Shown here one piece after another: positions 50,312 to 60,060 of a DNA stretch of 64,000 bases (position 1 is the stretch's first letter; each line of letters opens with the position of its first letter). The stretch lies in assembly GCA_965247775.1 (NCBI GenBank), contig OZ252031.1:552125-616124 (forward strand). The letters are read 5' to 3'. Source of the DNA: Dehalococcoidia bacterium (GTDB lineage: Bacteria > Chloroflexota > Dehalococcoidia > Bin125). The translations under genes and the position numbers were made by a program. Under the pieces are notes generated by a model. The model was not told the origin of the DNA. It ran no database searches and saw only the letters and a list, made by a program, of their open reading frames with translations.

Positions 50312-51108
50312 GGTCCTCCTCCGGCCAACTCGGCATCGCCGGGTAGCAACGCCTTCGGGAGATCGTCGTGCCGATCGACCTCCGAGGATCCGGCGAGTTG
50401 CAGAACGAGCGGATGGTCGATGCCCTCACGCTCCGCTTGGTCCAGATCCTGGTGCATCGCGATCTTGGAGTAGGAGAGCGTCGCGAGGTAGATGTCCGGC
50501 GAGACTTCCCACCCCCTGCGGCGGCGGATCACCCGCTTGACCCGGTGTAGGTACGCGCTCGGCGGCTCGTCGGCAAACTCCGGGAGATCGAGATGCTCCA
50601 GGCTGAGCTTGTAGCGCAACGTCGCATTGTCACCGGCATCGTCGCTCTCGCGCACCAGGTAGTACGGGTCCCGCGGTGAGGCGCGTTCGAGGTCGCACGG
50701 AATCAGGATCAACGGCGCCTGGGCGCGCTCGTCGTCGGCATCGATCCAGTGCAGGACGCCGACGGCGAGGAACAGAACGTTTAGGCCTTGCTCCTCCTCG
50801 TACTGACGATCCCGGGTCCGCAGCGCGCCCAATCGTCGCTGGAGGTCCAGCAGGGGGAGGTCGCTATGCAGGTCACCGGGCCGATCGGGTCGCTCGGGCG
50901 GCTCCGCGAGCTTCCGTCGCGGTTCGACGAAATCGAAGGCGAGCCCGCCCCGCTTCGACACGAGCTCTTCGACGATCTGATCCGGATCGCGATCCACGAT
51001 CCGCACTGCTCGATTCGGCTTGAAGTAGAGCAACGTGTTGCGTCGGTCGAGTTGCAGCAGGCGCTCCTTCCAAGCCCGGAAGGACTCCTGCCAGGTCGTC
51101 ACCGCCAT
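50312..51108 (-). pseudogene. N-terminal DUF4011 region of a large Upf1/DNA2-like helicase, truncated by the IS fragment
   Basis: From ATG 51108: MAVTTWQESFRAWKERLLQLDRRNTLLYFKP...QGLNVLFLAVGVLHW...APLILIPCDLER...NATLRYKL...YLATLSYSKIAMHQDL. No helicase domains follow. Confidence 0.6.
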
Positions 51109-51175
51109 GCCCGTCCTCACCCTACGTCTCGCGGTTCGCGAGGGCGTGAGTGTAATCGAATGGCCTAGACCCCTG

Positions 51176-51588
51176 TGACCTGCCCCCCAGAACCGGTCCC
51201 GATCCTGTGCGAGGATGCGGGCCGATGCGGCGGGAGGCGGAGGTGGCCCTGACGCAGGGGAGGCCGTCGCGCAGGTGGCGCGGCGCCGGGGCGCGAGCGC
51301 GCCGACCGCTGGCGGCGCGAGTCCGGCGGCCTGCGGGTGAACCAGGCGAAGCGCCTCACGGAGCGCGAGCGCGAGACCGCGCGGCTGAAGACGCGGGGGG
51401 GGGGCGACCAGGCCGGGGACCACGCCATCCGCACAGCGGTCACGGCGGGACATGGCGGAGGAAGCCCGCGGGCCCGGCGCTTCGGGCGTGACGGCTCCCG
51501 CCGCGTCATGGCCCTGCTGCGGGCTGCGGGCATCCCGGAGGGTCGCCGCACGAACTGCGGTACTGGGACAACGATCGGGGACAGGTCA
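51176..51588 (+). mobile_element. Internally deleted (MITE-like, 413 bp) derivative of the IS3-family element
   Basis: Left end TGACCTGCCCCCCAGAACCGGTCCCGATCCTGTGCGAGGATGC and right end GGTACTGGGACAACGATCGGGGACAGGTCA. Only scraps of orfA and the orfB 5' region lie between. Confidence 0.7.
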
Positions 51589-51729
51589 CTATCTTCACCC
51601 CAGCGAGTCTCACTGGGTCTGGTGCTTCGTCTATGACCGATTGGTGTCTTGCGCGGTGAACGACAGCATCGGCAATGATGACGTCGATTGTCGGCTCGCA
51701 ACCCCCGCGCAGAACCGCTGACGTTCTTC

Positions 51730-51774
51730 CTTTTAATCCGAAGGTCCAGGGTTCGAATCCCTGAGGGCCCACCA
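51730..51774 (+). repeat. att core copy 2 (displaced 3' 45 nt of tRNA-Lys)
   Basis: Identical to 20790..20834. It is followed by the same spacer family and an integrase start. Confidence 0.85.
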
Positions 51775-51892
51775 TCACGTTTCTTAATAGGACCGCCGCG
51801 AATCCGACCCGAATCCCGGGCCGGAGCTGCGGACTGCAACGGCTCTGCTCCGGTTTTCGCTTGACTTCGTCCCCCCGCCAGAGCGTCCATGG

Positions 51893-52145
51893 TTGGGCGG
51901 GCAGACGGCCCCTATGGCGACACCCCGACCGGACGACGACCTGCGCCTCGTGGAAGCGATCCCCGCCTACTTGGCCGCCTGCACCGTCGAGGGCAAGAGC
52001 CCCGACGCCTACGCCGAGACCCTGCGCCGCTTCCAGGGCATCTGCGTCGCCGGGAACCTGCCGTCCTGGATGGGCGACTTCCGTGCCCCCCACATCTACG
52101 CTTTCCTCCAGGTCGTCGCCGACAGCGGCGTCTCCCTGGGCTCGT
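51893..52145 (+). pseudogene. Integrase N-terminal fragment (about 84 codons)
   Basis: LVEAIPAYLAACTVEGKSPDAYAETLRRFQGICVAGNLP...FRAPHIYAFLQVVADSGVSLG parallels the 20973 integrase, and homology then ends. Confidence 0.7.
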
Positions 52146-52149
52146 CGGG

Positions 52150-52907
52150 AAGAGCCAGAGCCTGGAGCCGCTCGCGCTCTTGACGTATGTGGCGGCGCTG
52201 ACCGAGCGCGTGTGGCTCGGGGTCTCGATCATCGTGTTGCCGCACCAGAATCCGGTGCACCTGGCGAAGTCGTTGGCGACGATGGATGTGCTGAGTCAAG
52301 GCCGTGTGATCGCCGGAGTGGGGTTGGGCAACGAGGTGCATCCGACCTTCGGGATCCCGGGGGAGCGACGGGTGCGTTGGTTCACGGAGGTGCTGGAGGC
52401 GATGCAGGCGCTGTGGGCCCCCGGTGAGGCGCGCTACGCGGGGGAGTTGATCCGGCTCGATGGGGTGCCGCAGGAGCCGAAGCCGGTGCAGCAACCGCAC
52501 CCGCCGCTGTGGTTTTGGATCACGGGTGACGGCGGCGCTGGAGCGGTCGGTCAAGTACGCCGATGGGTGGATGGGAGCAGGGTCATCGACGGTGGGCAGC
52601 AGATCGCCGAGCTCCGCGGGATGTTGGAGCGAGGCGATCGGGACCCGGCTACGTTCACGCTCTCGAAGCGGCTGTACGTGGCGATCGACGACGACGCCGA
52701 TCGGGCGGAGCGGCGGTTGCAGGAATGGTTCGCGCACAACTATGGCAACCCTGGGATGGGCAGCAAGGTTTCGGTGTGGGGCCGGCGGAGCGCGTGTACG
52801 AGGCGATCGATGGGTTGATCGAGGCCGGCGCGCAGCACATCTTGTTGAATCCGGTCTTCGAGTACGACGAGCACATGGAAGCGTTGGCGCACCTTCCAAC
52901 CGGTTAA
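52150..52907 (+). pseudogene. LLM-class (F420-type) oxidoreductase lacking its N-terminus and spread over three frames
   Basis: EPLALLTYVAALTERVWLGVSIIVLPHQNPVHLAKSLATMDVLSQGRVIAGVGLG is in ORF 51889..52818. ALERSVKYADGWMG is in ORF 52460..53248. The tail AERVYEAIDGLIEAGAQHILLNPVF is in ORF 52563..52907. Confidence 0.65.
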
Positions 52908-53153
52908 AGAGGGGCGGCGAGGCGCGGCCGAAATCTCGGAGTTCGCCACCGGTGATCCGCGGGGGACACCGAACCCCATGCCGATTGGGCAATCGATTCG
53001 TGCCGCGCAAGACAACCGCGGGAACGCGTCGCGGGGCGCGGTTCCTTGTCGGGCGGATCGGAGGCGGACCGATCGTTTGCCGAGCAGCCAAGATCCGCGG
53101 GAGAGTTCGTGCGTGGCTCGGACCCCACGTGGTACGCGAACCAGGGATGAGGG

Positions 53154-53990
53154 ATGACCAAGAACATCGTCGTCCTCGGCACCGGCGCCAACGGGAGTTG
53201 CATTGCCGCCGACCTCATCGAGGCGGGGTTCGATGTCTCCCTCGTTGACCAATGGCCGGCGTACGTCGAGGCGCTGCGGGCGAACGGCCTGCGGATTCAA
53301 CGGAGGACGAGGAGCTGCACGTTCCGGTGCGTGCCCACCACTTGTGCGAAGTGTGCACGTTCGAGGACGCCTTCGGCATCGTCCTGCTGGCGATGAAGGC
53401 CTATGACACGACGTAGGCGTGTCATTTCGTCGAGCCCTACCTCCAGCCCGACGGGCTGCTGGTCGGGGCGTAGAACGGAATGATGGTGGAAGCAATCGTC
53501 GGGATCGTTGGCCCGTCACGCACGCTGGGGTGCGTGGTTGAACTGGGTTCGGAGCTGTCCATCCCCGGTATCGTGCGGCGGAATACGGAGCGAGACAAAT
53601 CATGGTTCGGTTTCGGCAGCCTGGACCCCTCGACCGCCGGCCGCGAGGAAGAGGTAGCGGAGTTCTTGCGGCATGTCGCGACGGTGGACACCGTGCCCGA
53701 TATTCTCTCCACCAAGTGGATGAAGCTGGCTGTCAACGCCATGATCTTGGCCCCCATGGCGATCCTCGGGCTGCCGACCAACGAGGCGCTGGAGGTGCCG
53801 GGCATGCGGGCGCTGATGCTGCGATTGGGGGCGGAGGACGTCGTTGACCCCGACACGCTCCCCGGGGTGCTGATGGATCACCTCAAGGGGCGCAAGACCG
53901 AGGCACGGTTAATCAACAGGTTGGTCGCCGCTGAACTCGAACGACTCGGTACCGCCAGCTCGGTCAATGCCACGGTACGAAGAGCTCCGA
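53154..53990 (+). pseudogene. 2-dehydropantoate 2-reductase (PanE/ApbA family) with one frameshift and two in-frame TAG codons
   Basis: N-terminus MTKNIVVLGTGANGSCIAADLIEAGFDVSLV. After a shift near 53290 it reads ...LLAMKAYDTT(TAG 53414..53416)A...LLVGA(TAG 53471..53473)NGM, where the family has QNG. Then STKWMKLAVNAM... follows. Confidence 0.7.
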
Positions 53991-54719
53991 GCGGATCACA
54001 CAAGAGGAACTCGAGCCCACGATCACCAACCTCGATCTGCTGGTGCTGGTCGATCTGCCGCTTCCTCCCGGGTAGATGCGCGCGAGCGGTAGGCCAACGC
54101 CACCGGTGGGGGCACACTATTCCATCCGCCCAGATCAAACTCGCTTCCCGTGGTCCGTAGATCGTCGAATTGGCCCGAAACGAACGGATGAGTGTTCGTG
54201 CCCCACGAGAACTCCGGGCGTCAGACCACCCGCTTCGCCCGCGGATCGGCGATCTGCGCAGCCGCGTCCCCGAGTTCAGTGAGCACCTCGGCAGTGTGCT
54301 CGCCCAGTTCCGGCGCCCGCCGCTGATCCGGCCGGGGTGGTCGACAGAGCCACCGGGAAGTCCACGACGCGGGCCGGCTGGCTGAGCGTGGGATAGTCGA
54401 CGGCGGCCATCATGTGGTGGCATTGATGTGGGGATCGTCCAGCGCCTGCGGAGGTGAGTAGACCGGGCCGCCCGGCACCTTGGCCTCTTCCATGGCGGCC
54501 AATGCCTCGGTGTTCGTCCGAGTTCGGCGGGCACATCTCGGTCGATCATCCGCTGGACGCCCCTATCCTGTTGGGCGAGCCACTATTCCTGCCGCACAGC
54601 AGCCTTGGCGCCGGCATCTCGTGCCGGAGCAACTTGGTCTTGGGCCTGGGCGGCGCTAGCTTGCCTGCAATCCGACCGTAAGCGGGGATGGCGCGATTCG
54701 CGCGAAGGAGTGAGCGACC

Positions 54720-55598
54720 GTGGCTTCATTGAAATTCGGCTGGATTTCGCCAGTGATCGGGCCACCCGAAAGCGACCATGTACCGATCGTGCAATACCAG
54801 GTCGATCACATCCTGCCCACGGCATTCCAGCACTTCGACTCGGTCTGGATGGCGGACCACTTCTGGGGCTTCGACCGCAAGACCGATCCCTTCCTGGAAG
54901 CCTGGACGACGATGACGTGGGTGGCCGCGAAGTTTCCCAGCGTGCTGCTCAGCCATCATGTTCTGGGACACGGCTACCGCAACCCGGCCCTGACGGCCAA
55001 GATGGCCGCGACGCTCCAGACGCTGTCCGGTGGGCGCTTCATCCTCAGCATCGGCGCGGGCTGGCGGGAGGAGGAGTACGACGCCTACGGCTACGACTTC
55101 CCCTCCGTCGCCACGCGGCTGCGGCAGTTGGAGGAAGTCGTCCAGATCTGCCGGTTGATGTGGACGGAGGAATCGCCCCGCTTCGAAGGCAAGCATTTCC
55201 GAATCCGCGACGCGATGGCGCCCCCGTTGCCCGATCCCATCCCTCCCATCTGCATCGGCAGCCAGGGTGAGCAGATCGGACTCCCGCTGGTGGGGCGCCA
55301 GGCGGACATGTGGAACACTTACATGCCTGCGAACGAGGAGGATTGGATCCGCAAGCGCGACATCGTGCTGCGGTCGGCGGAGGAAGCGGGACGCGACCCC
55401 GCCTCGATCGAGATCAGCGCGACCCGCGAGGCGCCGCTGCCGACCACAGACGCCGAGGCCGAGGAGTGGCGCACGACCCTCCAGCACTGGGCGGAACTGG
55501 GGATCTCGCACTTCGTGCTGGACTTCGGCCATGTGACGTCGACCGAGTTGGTGGAGCGCTTCGCCGCGCAGGTGATCCAGCCGATGCAGTCTGGCTGA
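54720..55598 (+). CDS. LLM-class F420-dependent oxidoreductase
   Basis: 292 aa with a GTG start. Carries SVWMADHF, GHGYRNPALTAKMAATLQTLSGGRFILSIGAGW and ICIGSQGE. Confidence 0.8.
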   Translation: MASLKFGWISPVIGPPESDHVPIVQYQVDHILPTAFQHFDSVWMADHFWGFDRKTDPFLEAWTTMTWVAAKFPSVLLSHHVLGHGYRNPALTAKMAATLQTLSGGRFILSIGAGWREEEYDAYGYDFPSVATRLRQLEEVVQICRLMWTEESPRFEGKHFRIRDAMAPPLPDPIPPICIGSQGEQIGLPLVGRQADMWNTYMPANEEDWIRKRDIVLRSAEEAGRDPASIEISATREAPLPTTDAEAEEWRTTLQHWAELGISHFVLDFGHVTSTELVERFAAQVIQPMQSG

Positions 55599-55843
55599 CC
55601 GTGTGTCGATGGCCGGCGCGGGCCCCCGGCGACCGATCTGCTCGATCGCAGAATGGTGGCGCTGGCTGTGCGGCGCCAAAACCTCATCGGGTGGGTCACG
55701 CCGCGCGCTCATGGACGATGTTCGTTCAGAGTAGAACCATAATGCCATCGTTTTGCACGGTTAGATCGTCGGTTATGCTGGTGCCTATCGAGAGGCGAAG
55801 TCGCAACCTCCGCGAAAGACGCGCAGAATTTCGACCTCCTTTC

Positions 55844-55889
55844 CTTTAATCCGAAGGTACAGGGCTCGCGAATCCCAGAGGGCCCACCA
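55844..55889 (+). repeat. att core copy 3, degenerate
   Basis: CTTTAATCCGAAGGTACAGGGCTCGCGAATCCCAGAGGGCCCACCA, followed to about 56035 by the shared spacer blocks (TAATAGGAC, GCGGACTGCA, CTTGACTTCGTCCC, GAGCGTCCATGG). Confidence 0.7.
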
Positions 55890-56042
55890 CCACACTTCCT
55901 AATAGGACGCCTTGAAAACCGCCCCGATATCGGGACGGGAGCAGCGGACTGCAAGGGTTCTGCTCCGGGTCTCGCTTGACTTCGTCCCTCCGCGAGAGCG
56001 TCCATGGACGGGCCGAAGGGAACGATCACGATCGGTGACATG

Positions 56043-56079
56043 CCGGTCCAGATCCTGTGCAGGGATCCGGCCGGTGGAC
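56043..56079 (+). mobile_element. Short degenerate IS left-end fragment
   Basis: TGACATGCCGGTCCAGATCCTGTGCAGGGATCCGGCC, compared with TGACCTGCCCCC..CCGGTCCAGATCCTGTGAGAGGATCCGGGCC. Confidence 0.5.
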
Positions 56080-56081
56080 TT

Positions 56082-56680
56082 GCCCCCGATAGTTGATCCA
56101 GGAGCTACGCGACCTCCGCGGCTGCCTGAGCATGGTGGACGAACCCCTCTGGGGCCAAGGGCTCCAGGCGGGAGCGGGGCGGTCTTCGCTGTACTCCTGA
56201 CGCCAGGCGCCGAGCCGAGGCCGGGCGGCGGGCACGGAAGGGAACCACTAGGCGTTGAGGCACTCTTGCCGCGAGCGGACCTGGAGGGACTCGATGAAGG
56301 CCTTGTCCGTCGGCGTGGGGGGCCGGGAGACGTCCAGTCCCACGCGGTTGAAGTAGACCACTGGTCCAGCAGCCGTCCGGCGAACTCCGGACCGCTGTCG
56401 CAGCGGATCGTCCCGGGGGCGCTCCCGCACGTCCAGCGCGTCCACGACGTGGGGGGGCCGGAAACGGCTCCGCGGCATGATCGTGAGGCTCTCCCGCGTG
56501 TGGCAGTCCACGACGGTGAGGATGCGGAAGGCGCGGCCATCGAACAAGGTGTCGGCCATGAAGCCTATGGCCCAAACCGCGTTGGGGGTGGTCGGGGCAA
56601 CGCGGTCGCCCCGGTACTGGCCGGCGCGAGGGCGCCGCGGCGTCTTGCGTCGGATGCGTACGCTGTGCGCGGCGACGTCA
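56082..56680 (-). mobile_element. 5'-truncated, frameshifted copy of a related IS3-family element (orfB remnant plus right end)
   Basis: The end GGACTTGCCCCCGATAGTTGATCC lies on the plus strand. Minus-strand frames give PNAVWAIGFMADTLFDGRAFRILTVVDCHTRE, IRCDSGPEFAG, PTDKAFIESLQVRSRQECLNA and AWRQEY. Confidence 0.65.
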
Positions 56681-57718
56681 GACCGCCCCGAGTTCTTCGC
56701 GCACGAGAGCCGCGCCTTCCACCAGCGCACGCAGTTTGCCGCGGGCGACGTCGCGCGTAAGCGGCACCATCCCGCAATTTGTGCAGGGGATAATCCGATC
56801 GGCGGGCACATAGGCCAGGGCGTCTCGGATGGTCTCTGCGACTTCTCCGGGCGTCTCGATCTCGTTGGTGGCCACGTCGATCACGCCAAGCAGCACATCC
56901 TTGCCTTGCAGCAGCTCCAACAGCGGCATGGGGACTCTCGAGCCCGCGCACTCGACGGAAACCTGGTCAATTCGACTCTTGGCGAGGAGGGGGAAGGTTC
57001 GCTCATACTGGCGCCACTCCTGTCCGAGTGTCCCTTTCCAGGCAATGTTCGCCTTGATCCCATAGCCGTAGCAGATGTGAACCGCGGTCAGGCAGCGAAT
57101 TCCTTCGAGAGCCTGGTGCAAGGCGTCGATCCCCCAGTCCGCCACGTCATCCAAGTAGACGTTAAATGCGGGTTCATCGAGTTGAATGACGTCCACGCCG
57201 AGCACCTCCAATTCGCGCGCCTCGTCATTGATCAGGCGAGCGAACTCCATGGCGAGACGCGGCCGGTCGCGGTAATACTCGTCGGCGACAGTGTCCGTGA
57301 TGGTCATGGGCCCGGGGATGGTGAATTTCAGACTCTTGGCGGTGTGGGCACGCGTAAACCGTGCCTCGCCGGCGTGCACCGGTGATGGACGAGCAATTGG
57401 CCCGATCACCGTGGGGCACTCGGCTTCGTACCGGTTATCCCGGATGCCGATGCGCCGGCGGTTCGCGAAATCGACACCGCTGATGTACTCCAGGAAGCCG
57501 TGGACGAAGTGCTGGCGAAACTGTTCGCCGCCGCTGACGATGTCAATGCCGGCCGTCTCTTGCTCCTTGAGCGCGATCAGCGCGGCATCCCGTTTGGCTT
57601 GCTCAAGCGCCTCCTCAGAGAATCGCCATGGCGCCCAGAGCTCCTCCGGCTCCGCGAGCCAGAACGGCTTGGGAAGACTTCCCGAGATTGTGGTCGGTAG
57701 GAGGATGGTCTTCTCCAT
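56678..57718 (-). CDS. Cobalamin-independent methionine synthase family protein (MetE C-terminal-domain-like)
   Basis: 346 aa. SGSLPKP, VSGGEQ.RQHF, IQLDEPAF, HICYGY and the C-terminal IPCTNCGM zinc-ligand pattern. Confidence 0.8.
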   Translation of the reverse strand: MEKTILLPTTISGSLPKPFWLAEPEELWAPWRFSEEALEQAKRDAALIALKEQETAGIDIVSGGEQFRQHFVHGFLEYISGVDFANRRRIGIRDNRYEAECPTVIGPIARPSPVHAGEARFTRAHTAKSLKFTIPGPMTITDTVADEYYRDRPRLAMEFARLINDEARELEVLGVDVIQLDEPAFNVYLDDVADWGIDALHQALEGIRCLTAVHICYGYGIKANIAWKGTLGQEWRQYERTFPLLAKSRIDQVSVECAGSRVPMPLLELLQGKDVLLGVIDVATNEIETPGEVAETIRDALAYVPADRIIPCTNCGMVPLTRDVARGKLRALVEGAALVREELGAV

Positions 57719-58458
57719 CAGTTAGGAACTGACGGCATGCCGCGGTAGGCGAGTCGCTCCTTCCGCCAATCCGGGGGAATGGAGGCCCACAACGCGTGCA
57801 TCACGTCGACGACATCGCCGAGGCCTCGGCTGTCGCGCCCCACCTCGCGCGGAGCATCGAGCATATCGCTGTGTTTGACCAGGCCCCTCGCCTCGAACGT
57901 GGTGATGAGTCCACGACCCTCTCGATGTGGAGCTGCGTTCGGTTCGCGTTGCGAGCCGGCCTCACGCCCTACAAGCTGGCCGGCAAGATCGGGGGAGCCG
58001 CTGAGCGTGTCCTTTCGCGTCTCGACGGCGCCGGCACCCGCCCCTCCTGACTGCAGCTCCCGCCCCTCCGGCCAGAGGAGCTCTCTTCCAGCAACACGCG
58101 TGAATCAACAGCGAGCTGCGGAGACAGATCGATCTCGTCCTCGGTAGGGTGCGCGGTCCGCGCCTCCAGTGCCACCCACGCGACCTGTTGCGGGCGATCT
58201 AGGTGCGCGCCGCGTTGCACGCAGTCGGGGGGGACCCCGGATCGATCCGGGAGTGCGCCAACCCGCGCTGACATGGGTGGCCTGGGTCGCAACCTTGGTC
58301 ATGAAACCTCGCCCCCTCCTGAGCCCGAGCTTCTGGAGCGCGATGCTTTCATGTAGGGGCCGAATGGTCTGTACCGAGAGACCCTCGCGAGGTGGGGTCG
58401 GAACCTGATACGTTGCCCGGCGCAGCAGGCGCTGCGCGGGCGGACAACCGGCCGCATC
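57718..58458 (-). pseudogene. GntR/FadR-type regulator (wHTH + FCD) apparently spread over three frames
   Basis: wHTH-like LSVQTIRPLHESIALQKLGLRRGRGFMTKV is in the ORF 58105..58833 frame. ALEARTAHPTEDEIDL is in the ORF 57969..58292 frame. The tail KHSDMLDAPREVGRDSRGLGDVVDVMHAL is in a third frame, ending with a TGA that overlaps the MetE-like ATG (ATGA). A G7 run lies at 58227..58233. Confidence 0.35.
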
Positions 58459-58488
58459 GCACAATCGCGACACAGGACACCCCGCGGC

Positions 58489-59421
58489 ATGACGACACTT
58501 CCCGCCCCGGAGCCGTATGCCGGCGTGTTCCCGATCGCTCCGACGCCGTTTCGCGACGACGGCACCTTGGATCTCGACGGCCAGCGCCGGGTGCTCGACT
58601 GCATGGTCGATCAGGGGGTCAGAGGAATCTGCATTCTCGCGAACTACTCGGAGCAGTTCCTGCTCTCGGACGCGGAGCGCGATCTGCTGCTGGATCTCTG
58701 TCTCGAGCACATTGCCGACCGCGTGCCGGTGATTGTCACGACCAGTCACTTCAGCACGCACCTGGCGATCGAGCGGGCACGGCGAGCCGAGGCGGCCGGC
58801 GCGAAGATGATCATGCTGATGCCGCCGTACCACGGCGCGCTCCTAAGAGCGGACGACACCGGCGCCTTCGAGCATTTCGCCCGCATCGCCGAAGCGATCG
58901 ACATCCCCATCATGGTCCAGGATGCCCCGCTGAGCGGCGTCACGCTGTCCGTCGCGTTTCTCATCCGTCTCGCGCAGCAGGTGCCCCAGGTTCGCTATTT
59001 CAAGGTCGAGACCGCCGGTGCGGCCGCCAAGCTGAGGGCGCTGATCGAGGCCGGTGGCGACGCCGTCGTCGGTCCGTTCGACGGCGAGGAGTCGATCACG
59101 CTGATGGCCGATCTCGACGCCGGCGCGACCGGAGCGATGCCGAGCGCGCTGCTGCCGGATCTCATCAAGCATGTCGTGGACCATCACCGCGCGGGTCGCC
59201 GCGCCGATGCCGCCGCGCAGTACGCGCGGATCCTGCCGCTCATCAACTTCGAGAATCGCCAGTGCGGACTGCGCGCGACCAAAGTTGCGATGGTCGAAGG
59301 CGGCGTCATTGGCAGCGACACGGTGCGCCATCCGCTGGCGCCGCTCGGTACGGCGACCCGCGTGGGCCTGCTGGAACTCGCGCGCGAGGTGCGGCCGCTG
59401 GCGCTGGAATGGGGCCGGTAA
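58489..59421 (+). CDS. Dihydrodipicolinate synthase / N-acetylneuraminate lyase family protein
   Basis: 310 aa. GVFPIAPTPF, GICILANYSE, PVIVTTSH, YFKVE (Schiff-base Lys region). Confidence 0.8.
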   Translation: MTTLPAPEPYAGVFPIAPTPFRDDGTLDLDGQRRVLDCMVDQGVRGICILANYSEQFLLSDAERDLLLDLCLEHIADRVPVIVTTSHFSTHLAIERARRAEAAGAKMIMLMPPYHGALLRADDTGAFEHFARIAEAIDIPIMVQDAPLSGVTLSVAFLIRLAQQVPQVRYFKVETAGAAAKLRALIEAGGDAVVGPFDGEESITLMADLDAGATGAMPSALLPDLIKHVVDHHRAGRRADAAAQYARILPLINFENRQCGLRATKVAMVEGGVIGSDTVRHPLAPLGTATRVGLLELAREVRPLALEWGR

Positions 59422-59466
59422 CGGAGGCAAGGGTGTGGCCAAGGGATACGGATCGTTCACGTCGAC

Positions 59467-60060
59467 GTGACCGAACCCGACCGCTGTTCAAAGCAGCTCG
59501 ACGCGAATCTGGTGGCGTTCTCGTGGATGCTCTCGTACAAATCCGCGCGCGACGAACCTCGTGACGCTCAGAGCCCCGCCTGCGATGGTGCTCTGCGTCC
59601 CGTGGCCAAGCTGGTGATGCGGTCACCCGAGCTGGCGGCGGTCAACGTCGTGCCAATCCTGCTGGTCATGGTTTGGCTGCTCGGCTTCATGTATCTCTGC
59701 GATTACGACTTCAACGTCATCACCGCGACGATCGCCGCGATCTCGGTGGCGGTGGGCGTCGATTTCTCGATCCATTACGCAATGTGCTTCCGAGAGGAGC
59801 TGGCACGCGCGGGCGACCGCATGGCGGCGATCGGCCTTGCTTCGGAGGGCACCGGCACCGCGCTTACGCTGTCTGGCGGCACTAGTGTGATCGGCTTCGC
59901 ATCCTTGCCCCTCGCCCCGATGCTCATCCTGGCGGCTTACGGTCTCCTGACCGCCGTCATGATCCCGCTCTCGCTGCTCGCGAGCTTACGGTCCTGCCGT
60001 CGCTCCTGTTCTTCGTGAGTCGGGAGACCGCCGCCCGGACCGCCGACGCGGGCGAGCCCA
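59467..60060 (+). pseudogene. C-terminal fragment of an MMPL/RND-type transporter
   Basis: NVITATIAAISVAVGVDFSIHYAMCFREEL...GTGTALTLSGGTSVIGFASLPLAP. Only the last 2-3 TM helices are present. The end LLASL/TVLPSLLFFV needs a frameshift near 59990. Confidence 0.5.

Noticed and set aside
49930-51453. 507-aa ORF as a single gene
   Set aside because: It is a chimera. The real DUF4011 coding part lies at 50312..51108. The rest is the antisense of IS fragments on both sides.
51889-52818. 309-aa ORF as an intact oxidoreductase
   Set aside because: Its N-terminus is out-of-frame read-through of the integrase stub, and the C-terminal third leaves the LLM frame. It was annotated as a pseudogene instead.
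23930-56100. Recurring motif of about 50 nt, TGACCTGCCCCC...CCGGTCCAGATCCTGTG, as a possible CRISPR or REP-type repeat
   Set aside because: The copies are irregularly spaced and in both orientations. Each is followed by the same transposase orfA start, so they are IS terminal repeats. No regularly spaced short repeats were seen anywhere in the window.
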